IMG/VR virus record: IMGVR_UViG_3300007735_000795
Coordinates: 1-64,000 of that record
Direction: 5' to 3' (one strand)
DNA from: a virus
Length of the DNA stretch: 64,000 bases
Shown: positions 1-8,910 of the stretch, piece after piece
How the letters are laid out: each line of letters begins with the position of its first letter
Position numbering within the stretch: position 1 is the stretch's first letter
Notes under the pieces: generated by a model
Database searches by the model: none
Seen by the model: the letters and a program-made list of their open reading frames with translations, nothing else
Told to the model about the DNA's origin: nothing
Made by a program: the position numbers and the translations under genes

Positions 1-967
1 CATTGTCTATCATAAACAGTGTTAATGATACTAATTTGTCTTTAAATTCAGGATTGTGTTCTAGTCCTGGTTTAGAAATGTTAGAAACAACAATTTTATC
101 TTTTTGTTTTTCAACTTTAAAATCAGAAGGTACTACATTTTTAATATGATCTTTGTAATAATCAACTCGAGTTGGTTCTGAAGACATTTTAATGTCTATG
201 TCTTGGTTTTGTAATGGTTCAAAGAAATTAGTTGTTTCTTTTTTAGGGGTATTGTTATGTCCACATTTGTGACACATAAACAAATCATCTCCTCCATCTT
301 TTATTTTCCAAGTCCAACCACAATTATCACAAACTATACTATCACCTTCAATTTTTTCTTCAAGAAAATTTGTTATTTCTCCTCCTTCTTCTATTGAAGG
401 ATTTAATATGTTGTATATTTCTTCTTTATCTGCTTCATCAATATCAGGTAAGTATTTAAAGAATTCTTCTTTATTATCTAACACTGCTCTAGCAGCTGTT
501 CCACTAATACCACCAGCTGTTACAATGTTAATAGGTTCAATATTTGTTTTACCTAAAGCAGACTTAGTACGTTTTTCAAAATCAACAAAATCTTCTGGTT
601 TATCTTCTCTAGAACCTAAAAACCATTTAATTTTAGCATCGGGTTTATCTTTAGCTAAAGAATAAATAGATGTAATTGGATTAGAAGATGGAATAATGTT
701 TACTATACTAGGTAAGTAGTTTTTATAAATATTCCAAATTGCTAGTGATTGTTCTTGAGTGATATCTGATCTACCGCCACCTGTACCTACATAAAGGTTA
801 AATTCGGTTAGTTGAGGATACATTTCTAAAGCTTTTCTAACAACTTCAAAATGACCTTTTGTTGGGGGTTGAAATCCACCTCCAAATACACCTACAACTT
901 TATTAGATTCAGGTATATCAGCTTCAGATAAAAATGGTGTTATGAGTGATTTTACTAATGATTTCAT
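1..967 (-). CDS. HxGH-type nucleotidyl/cytidylyltransferase-like protein with a CxxC..CxxC zinc ribbon; 3' end runs off the window and it is absent from the ORF track
   Basis: Manual translation from ATG at 967 (ATGA overlap with the upstream stop): MKSLVKSLITPFLSEADIPESNKVVGVFGGGFQPPTKGHFEV...ISGTAAR...CDNCG...CHKCG; the frame stays open to the window edge. Confidence 0.8.
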   Translation of the reverse strand, partial: MKSLVKSLITPFLSEADIPESNKVVGVFGGGFQPPTKGHFEVVRKALEMYPQLTEFNLYVGTGGGRSDITQEQSLAIWNIYKNYLPSIVNIIPSSNPITSIYSLAKDKPDAKIKWFLGSREDKPEDFVDFEKRTKSALGKTNIEPINIVTAGGISGTAARAVLDNKEEFFKYLPDIDEADKEEIYNILNPSIEEGGEITNFLEEKIEGDSIVCDNCGWTWKIKDGGDDLFMCHKCGHNNTPKKETTNFFEPLQNQDIDIKMSSEPTRVDYYKDHIKNVVPSDFKVEKQKDKIVVSNISKPGLEHNPEFKDKLVSLTLFMIDN

Positions 968-1761
968 CCAACAAATTTTTTAACTATATTAGGTAACTCT
1001 TTGCTGTCAACAGGATTTAAATTAGCTTGAATACTATCGTAAGTATCAGCTATTTTATCTATATTTTTATCTAAAGTAACTTTAGTTTTAGCCCTATCTT
1101 TTTCTCTTTTTTCTAATTCTTCAGGTGATAATCCTGCATCACTTTTTCTAAAGGTTGATTGAAATTGACCTGATGCTAATAAATCTGAGAAATATTCTTT
1201 TAGTTTACCTTGCTGGTAAGCTGTTTCAAAATTAGCTATTTCAGATTGTTCTTCTTCAGAGGAAGGTGTATTAACTAAAATAAAATTATCACCAAAAATG
1301 CGTTTGTAATCTTCTAACAAATTGTAAACATTAGCCCATGTCCCTAAAACACCAGCTGCAGGTACTTTACGTTCACGCTTATAGTTTCTTAAAAATGATA
1401 CTATAGGATGAGCATAAACCATTATCATCATAGTTTCATACCCTTTATCATTTAACATGCCTAACGTGGGTTGAAGAGTTGATAAGTTAGAAGCAGTAGT
1501 ATCATAAATAAGATTTTGTTGATTGTTAACAGCGTTAGGTAAATCTGTTTTTCTTATTTGTGATGATGCTGCTGATAAATTCCCATACATTGGAGAATTT
1601 TTATCTTCAACATATCTGTCTGCATTTAAATCAACAAAATCTTTAAGTATAGGTTGTAAAGACTTTAGCACTGTTGATTTGCCAACCGATGCACCACCAG
1701 CCATTATGATAGCTTTAGGGTTATTTATAACCTCTTTTAATAAATCAGTTAGTTTTATCAT
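964..1761 (-). CDS. P-loop kinase (AAA_33 / zeta-toxin-like)
   Basis: Walker A GGASVGKS, NAD and YDTT motifs, RNYKRERKVP lid. Confidence 0.75.
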   Translation of the reverse strand: MIKLTDLLKEVINNPKAIIMAGGASVGKSTVLKSLQPILKDFVDLNADRYVEDKNSPMYGNLSAASSQIRKTDLPNAVNNQQNLIYDTTASNLSTLQPTLGMLNDKGYETMMIMVYAHPIVSFLRNYKRERKVPAAGVLGTWANVYNLLEDYKRIFGDNFILVNTPSSEEEQSEIANFETAYQQGKLKEYFSDLLASGQFQSTFRKSDAGLSPEELEKREKDRAKTKVTLDKNIDKIADTYDSIQANLNPVDSKELPNIVKKFVG

Positions 1762-1814
1762 TCACATAAATATAATAACAAAGCTTGACTAAGCCAAGTT
1801 TCTTATTATAAATA

Positions 1815-2585
1815 TTAAATGTCTTCCCGTTTTGCAGTAGTTCGGAACGATTCAAATGAAGGGGATGATGTAGGATTTTCCAGATCAAATAATTTACGTA
1901 CCGTTTTGAATATTTCAATATTTTCTTCAAATGTACGTTCCGGTTCAACTATTTCCCATCCTTTACCTTGCATTTTATCCTTTTTAGGACCACGTTTAGA
2001 TGATTTTAACCATAGTATTCCGTTGCGTTGAGCCTCTTTTCCGTAACATTCTTTGTAACATTGTGAATAAACAGCAGTTTGTAATTCATATGTAGTCTGG
2101 ATTTGGTTTGATGTTTTAAAATCTATAACCCAAAGTTCATCATTAATTTCACAAACCATATCACATGTACCTGCTACTTTTAATTCATCAGAGAATAGAT
2201 GTACTTCAGTTTCAATAAGTTTAGGTTTATGAGTTTCCCAAAACTCTACAAAACGTAAAAACATTTGCCACACATCAGGATTATACTGTGGTGTTCCAAA
2301 TTTGTTTAAAAATTGTAGTTCGGCTCCATTTAAATACTCTTCAATCATTTCATGAACTTGAGTACCTTCTTCAGCTGCTTTTTTAACAATGTATTCTGAA
2401 GCGTATCCTACTTTCTTAAGCCAATCTTCAAAAAATTTACCTTTTGGATAATAACTTAAAACATAAGTTACAGATGGATAATAATTACCATTTCGTCTAT
2501 AAAAACGAGAATCTGGTAGTGTAATTTGTTTATGGTCGTCAGATATTTCTAAAATCCGATCATAAGAGTGTTTAATTGTACTCAT
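1815..2585 (-). CDS. PD-(D/E)XK exonuclease (Cas4/RecB-like)
   Basis: YPSVT, GTQVH, E..AGTCD..IDFKTS, QTAVY motifs. Confidence 0.85.
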   Translation of the reverse strand: MSTIKHSYDRILEISDDHKQITLPDSRFYRRNGNYYPSVTYVLSYYPKGKFFEDWLKKVGYASEYIVKKAAEEGTQVHEMIEEYLNGAELQFLNKFGTPQYNPDVWQMFLRFVEFWETHKPKLIETEVHLFSDELKVAGTCDMVCEINDELWVIDFKTSNQIQTTYELQTAVYSQCYKECYGKEAQRNGILWLKSSKRGPKKDKMQGKGWEIVEPERTFEENIEIFKTVRKLFDLENPTSSPSFESFRTTAKREDI

Positions 2586-3514
2586 ACTAATTCTAATTTT
2601 TTCTCAAACAAGTTTGAGAATGTTAGGGGTTGAGTGGTCTGTATTAATTTAGTAAAATTTTCAAATCCCATTTCACTTGGGTCTTTGTCTTGTAGTTCTA
2701 CTAAATAAACCTCTTTACCTTCATTTAATAATTCTTCACAGAACGTTAATGCTTGTTTAATAGCATCTTTATCTAAAGCAATATATATTTTTTGCACCTG
2801 TGAGGTGACGAGTTTTTTCTTTAATTTATCCTGAATGTTTTTACCTAGTAAAGGTATTACATTACGTTTAATAGCCATCATATCAAATGGACCTTCACAT
2901 AAAATAATAGGTAAATTCCAATTTATAAAAAATTCAAATGGAACAATATTTCTTGATACATTTGGATTCTTATATTTGGACCTAGAAAATTCTTCAAATC
3001 CTCTAGAAGTAAAATAATTTAAATTACCTTTTTCATCATATGAAGGTATAACAATCATATTAGAGTAAGGTCCATGTTCACAGTAACCAATTTGATATTT
3101 TAATATATCATATTTGGTAATACCACGGCGTTTTAGGTATGCTAAAGCGCGTCTACCAATGAGATTATTAGCAGTCACATCAGTTAGTGGAACAAATTCT
3201 TCAGGTAATTTAACTTGCTCTAAATTAACTTCTACTTGATCTGATTTGGATGAACCAACTAATGATTGTAATTCTTGTAGTTTATCAACAGTTACTTTAA
3301 GATGTTTAAATAAACGAGATATTTTTCTTCCTTTAGTATTACAAACCCAACAATGCCAAGGGTTATCACCTTTAGCATTGGTGTCCATGTTTACTTCAAG
3401 TTTAGGTTTATGGTGATTACAAAATGGACAGTGATATGCCCTATTGTTTTTAGATGTATTTTTACCTTTACCTAAAACTGAGTCTACTAGTGTTACTAAT
3501 AACTGGTTTATCAT
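2582..3514 (-). CDS. DNA primase (zinc finger + TOPRIM)
   Basis: CPFC..H..HCWVC zinc finger; CEGPFD and ALDKDA TOPRIM motifs; KDPSE. Confidence 0.9.
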   Translation of the reverse strand: MINQLLVTLVDSVLGKGKNTSKNNRAYHCPFCNHHKPKLEVNMDTNAKGDNPWHCWVCNTKGRKISRLFKHLKVTVDKLQELQSLVGSSKSDQVEVNLEQVKLPEEFVPLTDVTANNLIGRRALAYLKRRGITKYDILKYQIGYCEHGPYSNMIVIPSYDEKGNLNYFTSRGFEEFSRSKYKNPNVSRNIVPFEFFINWNLPIILCEGPFDMMAIKRNVIPLLGKNIQDKLKKKLVTSQVQKIYIALDKDAIKQALTFCEELLNEGKEVYLVELQDKDPSEMGFENFTKLIQTTQPLTFSNLFEKKLELV

Positions 3515-3517
3515 AAT

Positions 3518-3982
3518 TTATAATATAAGTAAAGAAGGTTGGGGGTAAAAGTCTTTTTTAAAATACCTTCCTTGTATATTATCATTGTAACTGTCTATTT
3601 CTAAACATTTTGATACAAACTGATGTTTAGCCTCTAAATATGATAAATGTTTTGATGTAAAAGCAAATTCAAGTATTTCCTTATAAAATAAATTTTCACC
3701 TAAATTTTTAACATCTTCTAATAGTGGTTTACAACTGCCCCAATATGTTTTCCAGTCACTTTCAGCAAATGTAATTTCCTTGGTTTTTTTACGACCAGGA
3801 CCAGTTTGAGTAGATACAGCTTTTTTTCCTAATTTTTTTGTTTTTTTATGGATTAAAAACTTTTTACCAATGTAAAATTGGTTAGTTTGAATGTTTGTAA
3901 TTTTATAAACAAATCCAAAGCATCCTTCTGGAAAATCTTCTATTTTGTCTATAACCTGATTTTGATACGACCATTTATTCAT
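3518..3982 (-). CDS. GIY-YIG nuclease, T4 endonuclease II (DenA)-like
   Basis: GFVYKITN..YIGKK, ESDWKTYWGS, YNDNIQGRYF. Confidence 0.75.
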   Translation of the reverse strand: MNKWSYQNQVIDKIEDFPEGCFGFVYKITNIQTNQFYIGKKFLIHKKTKKLGKKAVSTQTGPGRKKTKEITFAESDWKTYWGSCKPLLEDVKNLGENLFYKEILEFAFTSKHLSYLEAKHQFVSKCLEIDSYNDNIQGRYFKKDFYPQPSLLIL

Positions 3983-3988
3983 AAAAAA

Positions 3989-5488
3989 TTATCTGTCAAT
4001 ATTTACTAAAATAGACATGTCTGTTGTTCTGCTTGTAGGAAGTGGTTGAGCAAGTTTTGCTACTGCTAATAATTCATTATCATCATTATATAAACCCACT
4101 GTTGTAACGTATGGAGCAAAAAATGAACCTGTTACAAAATCATATACTTGTCCAGCCGAATTTATAGAAGCACTTGTTAATAATTGGTTTATACTTCCTG
4201 AGATTAAACTAGGATTTAATGAGTAATTAAATTCATTTTCTCTAATAGTACATTTATATTGAGTTTCATAAATTGTTCTTGCACTTTGGAAACTGCAAGT
4301 AGCATTGCTTTCACTTATAAATGAATTAGCCACTAAATTAGTATCTGTCAATGCAATTAATCCATGAGAATAAGTTATTACACCTAAATTTTTAGATTCA
4401 TCATCTATTCTAACTATGTTACCTTCTCCATTATCTTTAAAAGATATTTTTCCTGATCCTGAATCTAAAACTTTATATTGTATGTTGGGGATTGTAGAAG
4501 CAGCAGCTGGGTCAGATGGGTTAAAATTAGGGATTAAAACTATATTTGAATTAGTATATGTTAAATTAGAAGCAGATAAATATAAGTAAGTGGTTAATGA
4601 TTGAGAAAGTTGTAAACTTGCACTTGTTATTATTGTATAATTGTTATTACCATTATCAATTGCTAAAGACATTGTTATACTACTAGCTGTAGCTTCTACT
4701 ACATAAGGAACTCCTCCAACTAAAACAGTATAACTAGTAGTACTAGTACTATAATTTTGAGGAGCAACATACAATGACGAAGAATTTCCAGGAAATGAAC
4801 ATGTAACTTCTATGTTGTAAGGGAAAAGAAGTTGAGAAGGTGTTGTTATTCCTCCTGAAAACCAGTTTAATACATTATTATTAATAGACCAAGAAATTGG
4901 ACTATATATGCTTCCACTTCCATTTATTAAAGGATAACCATTAATTTCTGATTTAACAAAAAAACTACTTGTTAAAGAAGCAGAAACTATTATTGAATTT
5001 GGAATATAAGCATATGTGTATCTAAAAGTATTAGGGTTAATATAATCCCCAAACATTTTTTTAGGAATAGAAATAACACTTACTTTATCATATGAACCTG
5101 TAGGAAATTCTCTTGATTGAGATAAGGTTGTTTGAAGATAATTATCAAATCTGCTATAAACATTTGTTGTTAAATTACTTTCAACTATGTTACCATTTAA
5201 ATCTGTAACTATATAAGACCCACTTATTGGGTTAGGAATGTAATTAGTATAGTAAAGTTGCTTTACACTATTATAAACATCTCTTTGGTATTGAGTTGAT
5301 ATACGTCCTGTTGTAGGATCACTTTCAGATACAAAAAAATCAGAATTAGGAATATTTACTCCTATAAAACGATCAATACCAACACTAGCAGTTTCAAAAG
5401 AAGCTGTTCCTTCAAAAGTAAAACTTTTGTTAACTACAAAGGGTGTTATGATAACATCCTGTGATGTAAGAGATTTGAAGGCACTCAT
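3989..5488 (-). CDS. virion/baseplate protein with a tail-collar (DUF3751-like) C-terminus
   Basis: C-terminal YVTTVGLYNDDNELLAVAKLAQP; S/T-rich; in the structural operon. Confidence 0.6.
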   Translation of the reverse strand: MSAFKSLTSQDVIITPFVVNKSFTFEGTASFETASVGIDRFIGVNIPNSDFFVSESDPTTGRISTQYQRDVYNSVKQLYYTNYIPNPISGSYIVTDLNGNIVESNLTTNVYSRFDNYLQTTLSQSREFPTGSYDKVSVISIPKKMFGDYINPNTFRYTYAYIPNSIIVSASLTSSFFVKSEINGYPLINGSGSIYSPISWSINNNVLNWFSGGITTPSQLLFPYNIEVTCSFPGNSSSLYVAPQNYSTSTTSYTVLVGGVPYVVEATASSITMSLAIDNGNNNYTIITSASLQLSQSLTTYLYLSASNLTYTNSNIVLIPNFNPSDPAAASTIPNIQYKVLDSGSGKISFKDNGEGNIVRIDDESKNLGVITYSHGLIALTDTNLVANSFISESNATCSFQSARTIYETQYKCTIRENEFNYSLNPSLISGSINQLLTSASINSAGQVYDFVTGSFFAPYVTTVGLYNDDNELLAVAKLAQPLPTSRTTDMSILVNIDR

Positions 5489-5491
5489 TCA

Positions 5492-6532
5492 TCAAAAGTC
5501 TAACTTAACTCTAACTAAAGTTTCTTTAGTAAAATCTTTTTTAAGTGGTTTTGATAGTTTAGCTACTGCTAATAACTCATTGTTATCATTATACATTCCC
5601 ACAGATGTAATATATGTTTGAGGATTTTGTATAAATTGATCATATAATACTAAACCTGTACTACCAGAAATAAAACTTGGATTTTCAGTATAATTAAATT
5701 CTGCGTTTCGTGCTCTACAGAATACAAAATCTGAGGTTATTGTTTCTTGACTGTTAAGAGCAAAACTATTTCCATCATTTATTGTAACAAATAATTTTGC
5801 AGGAGCATTATCATCATTATTACTAGTAGGAGTATAGCCTAAAGCTATTCCTCCACTTACTGCAAATAAATTAAGAGCAGACTTATTAAGAATAATAGTA
5901 CCAATATCTGGTAGAAACAAACCATATGAACCTGAAACTGTCATTCCATTTGCCACAGCACCAGCTGGAGTAGAACCGGCTCCAATAGCTGAACCATTAC
6001 TACCTGAAACTATTTGGTATACTCTACCACAATCTAAAAATGAATCAACTGTAACATTATTACTATTGTCTGTTAGTTGAATAGTTGCTGCTCCTTTAGT
6101 TAAATTCAAATTTAAACTACCAGGAAATAAAGATTGTTTAAATCTTGCTCTTTCTATTGTAATAGCAAAAAAGTCTTGATAGACAGGAGTTACAGTACTA
6201 AAAGAAAAATCTGTATTTTCATCTCCATATATTAAATTTCTAAATTGACCAAACACAGTTCTAGTTGGTGATAATCCATTAATACCTGCTTGATACAATA
6301 AGGAACCAGATCCATATTTGTTACCATATGTTATATTAAACTGTATTTCTGCATTTGTATTAGAAGGATCTAATTGATAAACATTAAGATAATAATCTCC
6401 ACTAGGTGATCCTTCTTGAATAGAAGAAGTATAAAAATCAGTTAATGTTGTAACGTTATTAGTCCATGCTGGGGATGTTATTGAATCTGCACTAACTACA
6501 AAATCTTCTGGGTCTAGTCTTTTATAAGCCAT
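5492..6532 (-). CDS. virion/baseplate protein, paralog of the 3989-5488 C-terminus
   Basis: C-terminal YITSVGMYNDNNELLAVAKLSKP. Confidence 0.6.
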   Translation of the reverse strand: MAYKRLDPEDFVVSADSITSPAWTNNVTTLTDFYTSSIQEGSPSGDYYLNVYQLDPSNTNAEIQFNITYGNKYGSGSLLYQAGINGLSPTRTVFGQFRNLIYGDENTDFSFSTVTPVYQDFFAITIERARFKQSLFPGSLNLNLTKGAATIQLTDNSNNVTVDSFLDCGRVYQIVSGSNGSAIGAGSTPAGAVANGMTVSGSYGLFLPDIGTIILNKSALNLFAVSGGIALGYTPTSNNDDNAPAKLFVTINDGNSFALNSQETITSDFVFCRARNAEFNYTENPSFISGSTGLVLYDQFIQNPQTYITSVGMYNDNNELLAVAKLSKPLKKDFTKETLVRVKLDF

Positions 6533-6543
6533 TTATTTATTTT

Positions 6544-7203
6544 TTAGTCGTTTTTACTTATGTTTACAGGAATAGTTACTCTTGCACCACTATCTCTACC
6601 AACAACTGTTAAAGTTGTAGTAATTGTATTCACACCAGTTGGGAATAAAATATTAACAGTTGTAGCTGTTAAATTAATACTTGTACCAATAACAGTTTTA
6701 GAAACATTTGTTCCTAAAGTAGTTGTTGAATTTAAAGAAGTAGCTTGAGTTGTATTAATACCAACACCTGTAAATGTGTTTAATAATCTTACATCTGCTA
6801 TAGTTGCTGTATAACCAGATGATTCAAATGTATTAAGACTACTTAAATAATTTAAAGTTTGAGGAGTAATTGTAACTGAAGCACCTTGATTTAAGGTTAT
6901 TGAAGCATATCCTAAATTTAAAATTGGAAGTTTAGAAGTACCTCTAGGTAAAGTAGTTAATAAGTACTTCATTGCTTGTGTTTCGTCAGGAAATGCTTCT
7001 AATAGAGGCATATTATCAATTGCTTGTCCGTAATATGCAGAACCTGAAGGATGGTTTGGATTATAAAGTGTATAATCAATTTCATCATCTGCTAAAGCAA
7101 ACTGTGTTATACGAAATGAACCATCATTTTTGGCTAATAACTCTCTACCTTTACGAGTTAAAATAGCATCAACTGTGATTACTGAATTATTAAGAAATCC
7201 CAT
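6544..7203 (-). CDS. conserved virion structural protein
   Basis: N-terminal DAILTRKGRELLA..ITQFALADDEIDY; late promoter directly upstream. Confidence 0.6.
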   Translation of the reverse strand: MGFLNNSVITVDAILTRKGRELLAKNDGSFRITQFALADDEIDYTLYNPNHPSGSAYYGQAIDNMPLLEAFPDETQAMKYLLTTLPRGTSKLPILNLGYASITLNQGASVTITPQTLNYLSSLNTFESSGYTATIADVRLLNTFTGVGINTTQATSLNSTTTLGTNVSKTVIGTSINLTATTVNILFPTGVNTITTTLTVVGRDSGARVTIPVNISKND

Positions 7204-7227
7204 TTTTTATTATTTTTATTATAAATA

Positions 7228-8898
7228 TTAGTATATTACACCTTCTGCCGTAAGTCTTTTAATTATATTACTATAATTGTCTTTTAATTTTTGAGAAGCA
7301 TTTTCAGGAAACAAAATTAATGTAGGTTGAGGAGGAGATCCAGGATCTGGATTTAGATAATTAAATGGTCCTTTAGCAGGATAAAGATTTTCTACATATA
7401 AATTTACAATTGATGTATTGTTATTTTCATCTATTCTATAAATGTTAAAATTATTAATTGATCCTGATGGGAATTGACTTCCTGTTCCAGTTGTAGTAGG
7501 TGTATCCAGAAAAGGAGTCCCACCAGTTACTACTTGAGGAGTTACATATAATGCTGTTAACCCTGTACCATAAAAATCTTCGTATATTCCTTCAATAAAA
7601 TGTAAATTAACATTAGGATTAGGAAAATTCCAATACCCAAATCGTATAAAGTCTCCAGCTCTTATTTGGTTAAAAGGAATTACTTCTACACCTCCAAATT
7701 GAAAAGCTTCTGAAAGAGGATCTAATTGTTGAGGAAAAGTATTAAACATTCCTGAAGCAGTAGGAGAAAGAAATAATAATGAAGAATTAGGACTAAGACC
7801 ATTAAATGATCCAGTAATATTCCAAACATTAACAATATAAGGATTAAACCATGAATTAATACCATTTTGATATACAATTTGTCCTATAACACTTTGTGCT
7901 GGGGATTCAGGTTCAAATTTATAAAAACATTCATTTGAGGATGCTTTTAAATTAAACCGTGGTTTTATAGTTGTTGGACCTCCATAATAAAGCCATTCAA
8001 TTTGAAATTCATCATTTTCATTCATGTCTAAAAAATCTGAGGTTTCATTAATCAATCCATCTGCACCGGTGTAAGCAGTATTAGAAAAAACAATAGTACC
8101 ATTAGATTCCCATAAAACTGTATTGGTAGTTATATTTCTTACTCTCCATGCGATTCCAATTGGTGGGTCAACATAACTATTAGTAGGATTACCATTACTT
8201 GTTAGTATTTTTTTAAAAGGCATATATACTCTTACTTTAAATCTAGTATTAGCACTATCTGTACTATAATTTATTAATTTGTAAGTATTAACATTCCAAT
8301 TACTTGCTAAACCACCTGTATTAAAATTAGGAGTATCATTTAAAGCATTTGAAAACATATAACTAGCAGTTATCCAAGTGCTTGTAGATAATGGAACGTT
8401 TCCTGATGGAAAACCAGAATTAGTTCCCCAAAGTTTATTAAGATTTTGAACTACAAAATCCTGAGAGTAAGCATTAGCAAAACTCATTGTTTGAACAAAG
8501 TCTCCTGCTCCTGTACCATAAGTAGTTATTAAAATATTTTGAAAAAAACCAGGTCCCATACTGGTATGGGTACCACTGAATGGAGGATAGTTAAGATTTG
8601 CATCACCTGTATTAGATATTACTCTAACTTGAACTCTTTTACCACGACCAAAAACATTTTTTATAATAGAAGAAACTACAACATCACCATCACTAGGAGT
8701 ATAAACTTCTCCATTTTCATCTATTAAAACATTTATAGCATATTTTACAGATTGTATAATTTCAGGTTCACTACGTCCTAAAGTACCGACGCAAAAAGCC
8801 ATGTATGTATCAGTTTGGTCTACTATAGAAGTAGCTGATAAGTCTCCTGTGTAGTAACCAGGATCATTAAGAGGATTGTATGTGTAATTATTAGACAT
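7228..8898 (-). CDS. putative virion protein (tail fibre/baseplate accessory)
   Basis: 556 aa, N/S/T/G-rich, inside the structural operon. Confidence 0.45.
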   Translation of the reverse strand: MSNNYTYNPLNDPGYYTGDLSATSIVDQTDTYMAFCVGTLGRSEPEIIQSVKYAINVLIDENGEVYTPSDGDVVVSSIIKNVFGRGKRVQVRVISNTGDANLNYPPFSGTHTSMGPGFFQNILITTYGTGAGDFVQTMSFANAYSQDFVVQNLNKLWGTNSGFPSGNVPLSTSTWITASYMFSNALNDTPNFNTGGLASNWNVNTYKLINYSTDSANTRFKVRVYMPFKKILTSNGNPTNSYVDPPIGIAWRVRNITTNTVLWESNGTIVFSNTAYTGADGLINETSDFLDMNENDEFQIEWLYYGGPTTIKPRFNLKASSNECFYKFEPESPAQSVIGQIVYQNGINSWFNPYIVNVWNITGSFNGLSPNSSLLFLSPTASGMFNTFPQQLDPLSEAFQFGGVEVIPFNQIRAGDFIRFGYWNFPNPNVNLHFIEGIYEDFYGTGLTALYVTPQVVTGGTPFLDTPTTTGTGSQFPSGSINNFNIYRIDENNNTSIVNLYVENLYPAKGPFNYLNPDPGSPPQPTLILFPENASQKLKDNYSNIIKRLTAEGVIY

Positions 8899-8910
8899 AA
8901 AAATGTAACT

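Noticed and set aside
1815-2585. Cas4 as evidence of a CRISPR-Cas system
   Set aside because: A solo PD-(D/E)XK exonuclease beside primase is common in phages; no Fe-S cysteine set and no other cas genes are visible
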